A DNA stretch of 64,000 bases from assembly GCF_009914755.1 (NCBI RefSeq), contig NC_060942.1; one strand, given 5' to 3'. The notes under the pieces were generated by a model that saw only the letters and a list, made by a program, of their open reading frames with translations, searched no databases and had not been told where the DNA came from. Made by a program: the position numbers and the translations under genes. This DNA is from the human T2T-CHM13v2.0 reference genome, Homo sapiens. Positions 14,240-27,562 of the stretch are shown here, in pieces (positions within the stretch are counted from its first letter, which is position 1; each line of letters starts with the position of its first letter).

Positions 14240-14273
14240 GTGTGGGTGTGTGTGTGTGTGTGTTTGTGGTGTG
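14240..14273. repeat. Imperfect (GT)n microsatellite
   Basis: Directly visible. Confidence 0.8.
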
Positions 14274-17025
14274 TAGTCAACACATCTTCTCAATTTTTCG
14301 TTACCAGTTCAAGTAGCGGTCTGAGGGGCTCCCAGGGAAAGCTGGCAGGACCTAGCACATGAGAAGCCCCAGTGTCTAGATGGCAGTGTATGGAATGAAG
14401 AGCTCGTGGAAAGCCTGGGTTATGCTCCTGAGCCCACAGAGCAGCACACTCAATGCATTTCTAAGATTCTTGTCTTCTCCTCTCTAAACCAAAGCCTGCA
14501 TAGCAACGGCAGAGGTCCTCTTGTCCTTCCTAAACTCAACTCTTCTTTCCTCTCCGTAAGCATTGGTTCATGCATCTTACTTACCTGCAGGCCAGAGTCT
14601 AGCCTGCTCTCCCTTCATAATCTCTTCCATCGCCTTAGCCAGAGGGACCTCTTCCTTCTCTCTATGCACTTTATTGTCTGAATATCTCATAGAATTCTGC
14701 TGCACACGATGTGGTTTGTGAATGCCACTAGATCATTACTCCAGTGAGTTCAAGTCCCTGTCTTGCACATTTTGGTGTTCCTGCACAGTGCCAATAATAG
14801 TGCTATTCAACTACTGGGCTTGAAATATATATTCACTAAAATGAGGGAGTTCTCAGGAAGTGGCAACTTGAAGATTTGCCCCTGCAAAGTATATGCCTCA
14901 AAAAAAAATATTAGCAACAAAGACCCTTACATGTATGCCACACTCCCTGCCTTCAAAGCTTCCTCAAGAACCAGGAAGTCCCGTTGACTGATCTGTTTCA
15001 CAGTGGTTCCCTGGCCATTGCCCTCCTGCTGTGAAGCCACTGGAAACTTCCCTCATTTGCTATTATTTGTTACAGGCCCCAAAGTCAGAATCACTCATTG
15101 CTAAGTGTTGGTTTTCAGGCTCATGCAGAAGCATTTTCATTTGTGTCCTTTTTCATCTGACTCTTTAAACTAATCCTTCTTGACTTCAGATCTTTGCACA
15201 AACCTCCCGTGTCATCATCGGGGAGCTCTGGGCCCAGAGCAAAGGTAGGAGGCAAAAAGCCCCAAATCTGCACGTTTTATTTCATTGGTACATGTATTTA
15301 ATCCATCTGCAAACTATTCATTGGATAGCATTGTAGGCTTCCCTCTCTGGGAACACTAAGGTATGTGTATTCAACAGTGGAAAATAAACATAAGATTTTA
15401 TTACAAAGTGCCACTGCCGCTCCTGGCATGAGTAATTTGTGCACCTGCATTTTTAAAATGTTTCAAAGTTTTTCCCCTTGGTGGATTCCGTGGTAACACA
15501 CATTAGCTTCCCGGCTGTCACAGCCTGGTTCTTGTAGGCCCCTGTGACTTCTGCCCATGCGATCCAGACGTCATTGTTTTCAGAGTAGATAGCAAACAAA
15601 CGTGATGACTGCCCCTGTAAGCCTTTGAGAGTGCAGGTTCCTCTTTTGTCCTGATAAATGCCTTCCTCCCAAGAATTAGCAAAGCTATGGAGTGGCTTAA
15701 TGCCAAATCCCAAGAGGTAAAGGACAGATTATCAAGGGAGGAATAAAAGTCAGGCTTTATCCCCAAAAGACATGGGGATGGTTTTAGAGACAAAAGCTGA
15801 GTTGATCCCTTCTGCCATGCTCTTTGCCTTGTAGTCTGCTGTTTCTTAAGCACAGAAACCAAGTCACTTGCAGCTCCTCACTGAGGTTCTCCAGCAAATC
15901 AGGCAACCCAGTATGATCTAGTCGGAACTGAGATGCCCCATTAGTGATGGAACCTGGCTCCAGGGAGCTTCAGGTTTGGAGAATGGTATGGAAGCATTGG
16001 AAGGGGAGAGCAGTATTACTTGGAATGGGACACAGCATCTTGGCTTTCTTTTATCTTTTCCTTTCTCTCTCTCTCTTTTTTTTCAATGATTCTGATTTTT
16101 GCAGGTGTCTAAAGTCAGCTTTGTGTACACAGTTCTAACTAAACAATTTCCCCTGTGATCTCTGTAATCTCCTGGAAATGTTCATTGATTCCTTCCAATG
16201 TCCCCCACAACAGCCCAGAAGACTGGCAATTTCAAGTCATCTTAGGCATGTTAATACTTTCTTAAAGTCATATTGCAGCATACTGCACACTTCTCCCTCA
16301 AACAGTGGGTCTCAGAGGAAGATGATAATGACCCACTGCTACATCAACTTGATCATTAGAGTTTCTGTCTCTCTAAGAAACATCAGGCAGTTAACTTGAT
16401 CTAAAGAATATTTATTTATCTGTCCAATGCTGCAAATGGAGACAGAGAGAGCTCCACTGATAGAATCGCTGGGTGTGAAATCTTCATTGTTCAGTGTGAT
16501 CGAGAGCAATGGAATGCTTGTTTCATTTAAATAATACCAAGTTTTCCAACACTACACACCATCTGCCTTGGGAGCTGCCTGGCCCAGGCACAGAATTTAA
16601 TGTGTGTGGCATTTTTAATGGTTTAAATGCAAGTTTGTTCTGGTTTTAGTCCAAAGGGTGGTAGTGAAGTAGTAGGCAGTGTTTTCACTGCTGAGGCTCA
16701 GATTCTTCATTCTTGCTGTAGATGAGGCCTTCATTGGCCAACTGTCCATCTCTGAGCTTGACAGTCTAGGAAAATAATTTTCCAAGAATATATTTTTTTT
16801 TCTGGGAGAACAGGAAGAATCTTGCTTTGATATCCTCTGTGATTTTGTACACTAATACTTATAGTCAAGTCCCAAGTTTAAATTCTGGGAAACATTTCTC
16901 AAAGAATCCCCTAAAACTTTTGAACCAGGTTCTCTGATTAGTTCTGCCTTCCATGAATGTATGGACCATTGTCTAAAAGGAAAGACTCCTTGAATTGTAA
17001 CTAAAACCAAATATAAAATGGACAT

Positions 17026-17026
<1 letters not shown>

Positions 17027-17067
<41 letters not shown>
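17027..17067. repeat. Perfect (CA)20 microsatellite
   Basis: Uninterrupted CA run; likely length-polymorphic. Confidence 0.97.
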
Positions 17068-17070
<3 letters not shown>

Positions 17071-17334
17071 TTTATCTGGAGAGAAATCAAAGACTTATTT
17101 TGACAGAGACCTCTTGTGCCCAGGTTGCTCATGAATGTTATTTTGTGTAAAGAATACTAGAAGCAGGCTGGGTAACAACACGGGAAGTAAGTGCCACATT
17201 CATCTGTATTGTATAGTGAGTAGCATTTGATAAATATACCTTGTCTTGGATTCAATATTGCTTAGGCTCTGTCCACAGTTTTAGGCAAAGAAACTATTTG
17301 GACTAATTATTTCAACAATCCAGGGTAAGGATAC

Positions 17335-17750
17335 TGTATCAGTATAAGAAACTCTAACTGTTCAAATTAACAGCTCTACAATTTCAGCACCTTAACAGAA
17401 TAATGGTCTATTGTTCCTCCCACCCCTGTTTTAGTATGAGTTGGGGGTAGTGTAAGGCTCTGCACCATGAAGTCATTCAGGGATCCAGGCTCCTTCCATC
17501 TTTTGTCACCTCCATCTTTACCATGCAGTCACCAAGATAACCACAGAAAACTAAGAGAGAAATAGAATGTGGAACCTGTACCCTCACTCCTACTGTCTTG
17601 GTCCCAAAGCCCCTCCTCAGTACAAAAGGACTGGAAATGTAATCTGGGGCCAGTCTTTGCCACACCACATGCCATTGCCTTCATTACTAGATAGTTCATG
17701 TGAAAATATCCAGCTGCAATCATAGGGAATTGTTCCAGTTCTCTCCATCT
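17335..17750 (-). mobile_element. Old MLT1 (J/K-like) LTR
   Basis: gtcattcagggatccaggctccttccatctt...ggactggaaatgtaatct motifs typical of antisense old MLT1 LTRs. Confidence 0.6.
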
Positions 17751-18019
17751 CATTGTGTCTTGGAGCTGGTGGAAGGAACACTTACAGAGACACCTTCCTG
17801 AGGTACTACTTCATGAGTCCTAAGCCAGTGTCCTCCGCAGGAGCAATGGCCTCATGGTGAGTGGTTGTGAACGGAGCTGATGACGTCACCATGGCACTCA
17901 TGCCTGAGATGTTCTTCCATCAGTTTCAGTGACTCCAGTCTGGTTTAGTTATTCTTTAGAGTAGCAGGACTTCTTTCATTTGCAACTTGAAAAAAAATGC
18001 ATATCAAAATTAGGCCATA

Positions 18020-18345
18020 AATATTACTTAATTATATTGAAATAATAAATACGTTAGTAAATCCTAGTTTATAATTTTATAATAAATTAGTAAATTACTA
18101 TTTTCTAATTTATTTGTTATAAATTAGTAATATTTATAATAAACTTACAATAAATTGTTTATAATAATTTATAATAAATTCTCAATTATCAATTTCTTAT
18201 ACAAATTTGTTATACAATAGTATACATTTGTTATATAATATTCTTTATTTATATTACTTATACTAATTTATTATTTATTATTTACCATAATTTATGATAC
18301 AGTATTTGTAAATCTTATTTATACTAGCATAAAATATTTTATTCT
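18020..18345. repeat. AT-rich low-complexity tract
   Basis: Very high A+T with recurrent ataataaatt / ttagtaa words. Confidence 0.85.
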
Positions 18346-20769
18346 AGTGTTAAAGGTGCTGTGTTCTGAATTTATAGCCACATGCAGTACCAAATTCTTT
18401 CTCATTGCTCATCGTGTAAGCATTTGAACTTGCCTCTGACCTATCTGCTCCTAACACAATACTTCTGACCTACTGGGCCTACATTGTCAAAAATGTTAAT
18501 AAATTTTTTCAGTCACTCTAAAATATTTCTTATATTTGTGACTTGTCCTATTTTTAAAATTGTAATAGAAAACAATAGAACAATGGGATTACTTCAAAAA
18601 TTTTGCTAAAGGGTATTTGAACCACTTGGAGTAGAATCTACCTCGCTGCATTTATATGAATCCACTCCCTTGTGCCAGAGATAAATTTGTTGTAGTCTTT
18701 GTCTCTATTCTAAGTGTGCTATACAAACAGGGGCCTACTCCTCAGGAGAATAACCAAGCCAAGGATGTCATGTTCCATCTTTGTGATGAAATGCAGATTG
18801 GTCGTTAAAAGGCAAAGTCTTCATTTCCAAAAGCTGAATTTAAATGACGCTTTAAAAGATTTTAGCTAATGAAATTTAGTCCTCTCTCCTTCAAAAAAGA
18901 GGAATTTAAGAAAATGCTCTGGAACTTAGCCAGAGTATTTAATTTGGTTTCAAAATGCATACATTTTCTTTTACTTCATGATCTCGCCTTATAGTATTTT
19001 GTTATCTAGAGGCTTGCAGACAAATGTCAATAGCCTTGTTGAGTTCAGCATTACTGCCTGCTTGGTTTGTCTGATTTATTTCTGTGCCTCGTGGTTAGTT
19101 AAGCATAACCTGTGTGGTTTCTGGCTGTTCCAATAGCGAAAGGCTGTATGCACCAGGAATGGTGCTGCCACTCGGCACACTGTGGGTGAACCCATCATCA
19201 CTCTGGCCAGGTTCCTCCTCTACTTTGCAGCCCTTTTCTTCATCTTCCTTGAACTAATTTGTTCAAGAAGGGATGACAGAGATGCCCTCTTCCTCTCCAG
19301 TATTTCTATCAGTTGAGGCTGATTTTTCAGTCTGGACTCTGCTTAGGAGGTTTTAGGTTTTGAGGGGGTTTAAAGATTCTTCCAGGACTCACCAACTAGT
19401 CCTGAAAGACTTCAGTTTTGGGAAGCCTTTTCCATCAGTTCCTCACAAATGTCCAAGCACGAAAAATCTCACTTGACTCCCTTATTTCTGTTCCCCTGGC
19501 TCGGATGAGTCACTATGGAGTTGGGTTGCTGCTGTGGGCTGGCCAAGGAGAATTGGATGAATGAACCCCTGTAACGCCATTCGATATAGCTGCTCTCAAA
19601 TAACCAAAAGCTCTTATTGGAGTGGTAGCCATGTGCAAAGGCAGATCCTGCTTCCTGAAGCTGCCAGACCTTCAGGAAGATGCAATAAATGCAGTGACCT
19701 AGGAGAGACAGTCACTTTCTTTCCTATGGGATGCTGGAGAGGCAGGCATCACATCTAACACCTTCCAAGTTGTTTTGCTATGAACTCCAGCGTGGCTTTG
19801 GAAAATTCAATTTCAACCTGTCCCACACATTCCTCACCCTCAAGACTATGAGTGGAGAAATTGAACCCATGGATTCATGGTGATGATATGGTTGAGGTAG
19901 AACAGGTTGACAAAAGTGGTTTCTGCATGTCCAGGTCTCCTCAATGCCAAGGAATGCAGATGAAACATTTGTTAAACTAATCTGGTGGCCTCCAGTGCAC
20001 CCACCAGCCCATGCCATGGTTCTGCATAAATGCCCATGGGGAGACAGGCAGCAGTAATCCAGACATTGGAGGATGGCACTCTCTTAAAGTGAGATTATGT
20101 AGCTCACCCTGGATGTGAACTTAGATGAGGAAAAAAACTGAATGACATTCGCAACCCGAAGTGATTCCACTTCATCATTTTGTACACATACATTCATGAT
20201 GTGTTATATGTTATATATAATTTACTAAAGCATGCTTTTAAAAATAGATTTGAGGAGCATGGAGACCCCAGAAGTGTATGTTATTGTACTGGGCTTGAGT
20301 TTCTCTTTCCCTCCCACAGGGGACCTCTGAGGGTCTATTTGAGGGCATGAATATGGAAAATTCAGCTCCAGCTCCTCCACCCCACTCCCTGAACAGCACT
20401 GCAGAACTGTGCTAAGCTCCTGTGGCTTGGAAAGAACAGATGCAAGAGACATAGTAAGTATAAAAGGAATTTGGGGAATGGGTCCTAAGAATCACCACGT
20501 TTCCTATCACTCTCAGAAAATGCATCTATTTTCAGGGGGTACTGTACATCTGTGTGGCTCCAAACCACCAATTATTTTTCCAAGCAACATAATAACAGCT
20601 TTCTTCTGAAAATGTCAAACACTCAAATGAAATACAGCTTCAGAAATTTTCACTTAAGTTGATTTGTTCCAATTACTCAGACCTGCCTTGCACCCCTGCC
20701 CCCCAGCACATAAAAGGCAAGTTCTGTTTTTATCATCCTGTTCACTTTTTCCAGATAAATAAAGAGACA

Positions 20770-20850
20770 GGAAACAAGAAGGCAGGAAGGAAGGATTGCA
20801 GGAAGGAAGGACGGAAGGGAGCGAAGGAGGGAGGTAGAGAGAGAAAGAAA
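20770..20850. repeat. Degenerate (GGAA)n purine-rich tract
   Basis: ggaaggaagga...ggaaggaaggacggaagggagcgaaggagggagg. Confidence 0.7.
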
Positions 20851-23041
20851 CCACCTGAATTCTACAAATCCTATTAGAATACAACCACCCAGGACAGGAA
20901 ATATCATTGAAGAAGGCAAAGAGAATACTGTCCCAGTGTATATCTGCACCCCTTTGTCTGGGCACTGAAAGGTCACAGATACCACTGGCCTTCCTGTTGA
21001 GCCACTCTGAATGTAATCTGTTGGGTTTGATTTGCTGAATGTATATGCACGTCAAAGATTGTGAGCATGGATTATTTATAAGATGTTCACTTCCAATTAG
21101 TGTGGCTTAAAACGTGAGCTTCAACTTGGCACGCAGGAGCTGCAGCAGCCTGTTCTGAGAAGGTTGGGCAGGTCTGGGGGTAAGCAAGCCTCTTGCTGAG
21201 CAATGGTGTGAGCCAGTGGCTAAGGTAACATTTGGGAGCCGCCCTGTTTTGAAACAGGTTCTTATTTCAGATAAACAGTCCTGCAAGTGACATGATAAAA
21301 TACATATAAGGGTACATTTTCCAAGGGCTGCCCAGAAAGCAATGCATATAGGCCCAGAGACTGTTAGGTCATTTTGACCCATTACTCCTCAAGTACCCAC
21401 TTGGCAAATTGATGGAGTCACATTTAGGACCCATGTCCGCTTTGGTGGAAACCCCATTTTGTACCTTGATGGAGGCTCACAGATAGTGGCTTCTAAATTC
21501 CAAGATCTGGTATGAAGGAACAGCTTCTGGGAAAATCAGTTTAATTTACCCATTTTTTAAACCAAATCTAATTAACCAAATTTAATTAACCCATTTGCTG
21601 AGGTTAATGAAACCCTTGTTAACCTGACTCAGAAGGAGGCTGGAAAGGAGAACTTTTAAGCTAAGATTCCTAATAGGCTCCATGCCTCAGGGAGCCACGA
21701 ACCCGTCAGAGAGAGGGCACCAGGTGCATGCTCTGAGGCTGCTGACTCTGTCCTGGAAGCCCGCAAGGGGCTGATTTGAACAGAGACCAGGATCAGAAGT
21801 GTGACCAGCACGCTAGACTCTCCTGAAGTTATTCAAAACCCGACTTTGTTATTCAGTCTAAAACAGAGTGGACCTCCAGAATCCTGACATGTTCCACTGA
21901 AATTGTGGCCGGGCACTCCAACACTGAACGGAAATGATTTGGGGATGATGTACACCATCGATTAGCCGACCTGCTGCTCCATGTTATGGGGGCCTCCTTC
22001 TCCATCAACGGTATTGGCGAGGCAGCCATAAAGACCCAAAGCTATGATTCTCTTGCCTGAAGTTTAGTGTCAGTGCAGTGAACTGACAAGCTCAGCCTGT
22101 TTTGTAGTTGCCAGGAGTCACTGTTATAAAACTCCCCTTCATCTGGCATTGGCCAAAAGCCCTGTCAGCTGACTCAGCCAAGAAGGTTTGCACATCGTGA
22201 AAGCGGGTGCCCTTTCCTCCCTTGCAATGGTGTTTCCTTAGCAGTTCTTTACCCTGGCTGTGTTTTCTGACCCTTCGGGGACAGTTATCATGCTAAGCCT
22301 GTCCTTGTCTGGAGAGTGGTTCATTTCTTTCCTGAATGCAAAGCTTGTGCTCAGGAGGTAAAGAATGGGCCAAACCTCTGCAGACATACAGAGAGAAGAG
22401 GCTAAATAGGCACTTTCTGCAGTCAGAGAACATTCTGTCAGGACACAGAGGAGCTTGAGAGTTCCAGAGGGCACAGTATCAGGAAACCATGGAGGTCTTT
22501 TCTTCTCAACTCAAAAGATGGTGAGATCAGTTCAGGACTGGCCTGGCCAAGTGAAAAGATTTGGAGACATCACACATTGCTGCATGCAATGAGCTCAAAA
22601 TCTAAGGTTGAGAGAGGAGGGGTTCACAGCGGCATGAGATGCACTTCCTCCCACACTGAAAGCTGCTGCTTCCAATTGGACCCTCCGTGCCAGTGGCCTT
22701 GAGGTAAAAGAGCAGAAATACAAAGTGAAGCATTTCTACTGCTTGAAAGGAATACATTTAGTATGCCCCTTCCTCCTTCGATCTTTCGTAGGAAGACTGT
22801 GCCAAATGCCAGATGAACAATTTTATTCCTGATCCACCAAAAAGGGAAGGAAAAAAAAGCAACTGAGGCTTATAGGAAGGATCTCTGCAGAACAACGTCA
22901 GTGGGAAAACATTATAACAAGACTTGGATCAGATTTACAACAGGAGCAGAGCTTTTTCTTTATTGATTATTTTAAGTTTTTTTCAAAGAATTTTCCTGGG
23001 ACTTTAGAAAAATTCAATGGAAGACATTACTTATTTGCTTA

Positions 23042-24016
23042 TGGGTGGAGATGGCACTTTTTCTAAGAAATATATGTATACATATATTTCTAAGTAATAT
23101 ATATATACACATATATTTCTAAGTAATATATATTTCTCTATATAAATTTATATTAGAAATTTATATATATAATTTTAATAATGTGGGTGGAGATGGCACT
23201 TTCTTTTTCTAAGAAGTATATATATTTCTAAGTACTATATAGGTGTGTCTATGTATATATATACCTATATAGTACTATATATGTGTCTATATATACCTAT
23301 ATAGTACTATATATACTTCTAATATATAGGTATATAGTATATACATTATAATATATAGTATATACATTATAATATATAGCATATACATTATAATATATAG
23401 GTGTACAGCATATACATTATAATATATAGGTGTACAGCATATACATTATAATATATAGGTGTACAGCATATACATTATAATATATAGGTGTACAGCATAT
23501 ACATTATAATATATAGTATAGAGTATATACATTATAATATATAGGTATAGAGTATATACAATATATTAGAAATTTATATACATATAAATTTATATACATG
23601 TAAATTTATATACATATAAATTTATATACATGTAAATTTATATACATGTAAATTTATATACATATAAATTTATATACATGTAAATTTATATACATATAAA
23701 TTTATATACATGTAAATTTATATACATATAAATTTATATACATGTAAATTTATATACATATAAATTTATATACATGTAAATTTATATACATGTAAATTTA
23801 TGTGCATATAAATTTATATACATGTAAATTTATACACATAAAATTTCTAAGTAATATATATTACTTAGAAATATATAATTATATTATATATAATATATAA
23901 CACCAAACAGAATATATAATATAATATATAATAAATTTAATATATAAAATTACATATGTTTATATGTAGTGTGTGTGTGTACATATATATATATATATAT
24001 ATGTACACACACACAC
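23042..24016. repeat. Compound AT-rich VNTR with palindromes
   Basis: 29-bp unit gtgtacagcatatacattataatatatag (~23330-23560) and 16-bp unit cat(a/g)taaatttatata (~23570-23840). Perfect palindromes at 23843-23872 and 23969-24016. Confidence 0.95.
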
Positions 24017-24829
24017 AAAAGCACAGAATTTGGCATTACTTAGCATGGAAAATATAATATTTTGGGGGTGTTTTCCTAAAAATGGCCTAGCCTTTCAAAT
24101 ATAAAGCATCCTTTTCTTAAAATGTCTTAAGTTTTAGCCATCTCCCTCATTCTTTTCCAGATAAATGCCTCCAAATAACTTAGTCCTCAACCTGAAGCCA
24201 AAGTGATTTCGGTGTACCAGGATTGAAATACTTCTGTATTCACAACTGAATGGATAAACGGGCACTCCTTGTGGCTCCTCATTGTATGTCCCCTAGAGGG
24301 TCAGCAAGGCCAAGAATTGGTTTGTGGAACAAATATCCATTACTCCAATCGGGGATGAAAAAGAGTACACGCCATGGATTTTGCTCTCGGGAGTGATTGA
24401 TTCAGCGAGTGAAATAAGACCAACATGCACGGAAGGGTTGATGATGCTAGAATCTCCCACACTTTGCCAGCCACAGGGAAGTCAAATCAGTATTGACTTT
24501 GTTATTCAAATCAGCACCAGACCGGTCACTTTTAGAAGTGATACCATGGGAGGCAATTAAACCCAGGAAAATGCTGAGCACTAGAGTGACCATGCAAGAA
24601 GGGGCCTTAGAGATAGATCCTGTACGTCTTCACCTGTTGGTGCCAGGGCCAGAACAGAGGCCTGCAAGGGTAAGAGCAAGCTCAGCACCACAGAACTTGT
24701 AGGTAACAGAGCCGGGCTCAAGTGCACGCTTCCTGACTGCAATTTCAACACTCCCATTCAAGGTGAGAGTGAAAAATATTTTCCCCTAGGCTTTCCCCAG
24801 TGATATTCCCCTATGCACCAGCAGAGCAT

Positions 24830-24946
24830 GAGGGTATGAGACGAAGATGCACATCCTAGCCCTAGCTTTGCTACTGACTAGCCACGTGTGTTTGAGCAAC
24901 TCACAAAACTTCTCCAGATTTCAGACTCCTCATTTGTAAAATAAAG
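24830..24946 (+). mobile_element. MIR fragment
   Basis: cctagctttgctactgactagccacgtgtgtttgagcaactcac...tcagactcctcatttgtaaaat. Confidence 0.7.
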
Positions 24947-26277
24947 TCATTTGATTTGTCCATTGCTCTCCATAGTTCACCAAAGTGCCCCTCGTAGGAG
25001 AGTGGAATGGATGATGTTTAGAGTAGAAGCTTGGAGATGTGGCAATAAGTGACCTTGTGCAAGTGAGAAATGCACTCAATATATTGGAATTTGTCTGTCT
25101 TAATAATTTGTGTGGCTTCTACATTTTACTTAGTAATATATCTGTGTTTGCTTTCGGGTGAAAATACTGTTTGAAATGTCTTACTATCCATGAAACTTGG
25201 TTTACCAAAGAGGGCCTGTTTTCCCTGAGGTACAAGGACTAGAAGGTTTTCTGAGGCCACCCCCAGCCCCCATTCATTGATTTCGTGTCTTAAGTTGTTT
25301 GTGTTTTTTATTTTATCACACCCTCCTATTTCTGGTTCCCAGAATGTAAGTAGTTCTCCCTCCACAATGTTCAACAGTCCTCAATAATGCCCGGCTATGT
25401 GAAGATGGAAAGATGAGGGAAAATTAGCACCATAAGCAGAGTCTGGAAAGGTACACAGACATTTAACAGATGGAAACAGGAGGGCTGCCATTCTAGAAAG
25501 ATATGAGGACTGCTCATCAGCCTGGCTTCCGCTAGAGGAGATCTACTTTGGTGTCTAGCCAAATTTTGATCCTTTGCCTTAAATCTTTTCTGGAAAGAGA
25601 TGGGCTATGAATAAATATTTGGATTTAGGAGGAATTAGTTTAGTTTAAACATCTCTGAAAAATACCACATTATCTCTTCTTCAGATGCAAATCTTTTGAG
25701 TACCTAAGAGTGGATTTTCCTCTCTCTGGAGTCAACCCCAAAACCAAGCCTAACTTTGCCTTGGTTCTCTGATTGTGGCTCCCATCACCTCTGGAAATGT
25801 GGGGTGACTGGGAATGGAAAGCGTAAAGCCGGGGGATGCAAAGAAAGATGGTTCTCACCCAGTCTCTGGGCATTTATCAGTAGAGAGGGAGGTCAGCCAA
25901 GTTCCTCATCTGCTACAGCAGCAAAGGCGATCTCCCCAGTGACTTTTCCAGATGGAAAAGTGCTCTGAGCTTCTGACCATCTCCCAGAGGATAAAGGGAA
26001 TTTGATGAGGAGAGACTTTTGCTCTTCGAGGCAATTGTGCCTGCATGCATCAAGCTGTTGGCTGGCATCTCCAAGCACCTTGCACATAGTAGGCACATGA
26101 TAGTGATTTGTCAGATGCACAAATCAATACCATTCTTCCACCAAAAAAGAAAAGATGGCAAGTGGTTTATGAAAAAGAACATTCCATTACAACAGAGCAT
26201 CTCGGCCCAGGTTTAGTGTTCAAGCCTATGTACAGAATAACAGACTAACCTAGAAGAGGATGGAACTATTGTGTAAC

Positions 26278-26440
26278 CAAATGATTTCCACTCTGGCTGC
26301 ATGTTAGAATCACCTGGTACGCTTCTGAAAAATGCTGATGCCCCACTTGAGAGTAATTGAATCAGAAACTCTGGGGAGAAGCCCAGGCATTGGTATTTAT
26401 TTGTAATTTCCCAGGTGATTCTGGTGCACAATGAGACTGT
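26278..26440. mobile_element. MER5A-like hAT-Charlie MITE
   Basis: ctggctgcatgttagaatcacctgg...gaatcagaaactctgggg...cccaggtgattctg. Confidence 0.85.
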
Positions 26441-27431
26441 GAATGACTCATCTCTCCAGGCAGGTGGAATGATTTACCCAGGATCCCACCAGGCTGGGGC
26501 GGGGCCGGGGAAGAGAATCCAGGTCTCCCCATCCAACCCTGTGTTCTTTCCCACACACCACATCAACTCTCCTTTGGCCCTGTGGCCTGTGGGATAACTT
26601 GCACTTTTCCACTGGGAATAGGGAGCCGCAGTTGACCCACTAACCCCCTGGAAACAAGTGCCTCGGCACCATGGGAATTTTCCTGGTCCTATTTGTGGAA
26701 ATGCTCCAACCTTGGATGTTTTTCCAGTAAAGGATATTATGAGCAGGGTCCCTTTGGTAACTATCTATAAGCATTATTTGTGAGGCATGGGAAGATTCTG
26801 GCCCCAAAATATCCTCTTTGCCTTCAGTTACTTATGCTACAAGGCATGTTATAAGAATATTTTAGGGGGTTAAGAGATATTAGTTATTAGAATATAAATA
26901 AAGCTGTGAGTAGCCCCTTCTCTCTTGCTAGTCTAAATGAAGTGTTGAAGGTTTAAGTACCTAGCACAGTGCTTAGCTTTAAGTTTCACAGTACTTAATG
27001 GCAACTACCTCTTATCCTATTCTTGTTATGTTTGAATAAACCATGCAGGGTCTTATGTACATTCTCTAATTTAATTATCACTCAAAACTTAGGAGGCAGT
27101 TTATATCCTTGTACTAAAATGAAGACACTGAGGCTCACATTTAATTATGATGCCTATAGGTTTGAATGAAACTGGAAGTTCCTATTAGCTTGAACTAACC
27201 CCTTCTGCTTTACCTACGAGGAAAATGAGGCCTAGAAAGGTGCTGTGATTTTCTCTGGGAATATGTATCATGTTCAATTGTTTATCAGTGATTCATGTCA
27301 TAATTAATGTATCAGTTCCTTTCAAAATTAGAAAAGGAAAGGCCTTTGAGTCTCTCTGTTTGGTGTTCAAATCCTGGTCTGACCATTTTCTGGCTGTGAA
27401 AAAACTTACTTAACTTGAAAGAACCCCACCT

Positions 27432-27562
27432 TTGGAAGGAAAGGAGGAAGGCAAGGGAAGAAAAAGCAGAGAAAGGGAGGAAAAGAAAGAGGAAGGAAAA
27501 ATGCAGAGAAGGAGAAGAAAAAGAAAAAAAGAAAAGAGAAGAGGCAAGGAAGGGAGGGAGAG
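27432..27562. repeat. GA-rich purine tract
   Basis: ~130 bp almost entirely A/G; explains the K/R/E-rich spurious ORFs. Confidence 0.85.

Noticed and set aside
14579-14587. Perfect minus-strand donor CAG|GTAAGT (also a plus-strand one at 40456-40464)
   Set aside because: A 9-mer is expected about once by chance in this much sequence, and no convincing paired acceptor is nearby.
23330-23840. Regularly spaced 29-bp and 16-bp repeats (CRISPR-like periodicity)
   Set aside because: Head-to-tail VNTR with no unique spacers, in eukaryotic DNA with no cas genes.
24681-24700. REST/NRSE-like tcagcaccacag (also half sites near 9088, 17383 and 60374)
   Set aside because: Only half-sites; the GGACAG half is missing or wrongly spaced.
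26496-26510. GC box ggggcggggccgggg, and G-runs at 63500-63529
   Set aside because: Isolated, with no CpG island or other promoter evidence; only three G-runs or a long loop.
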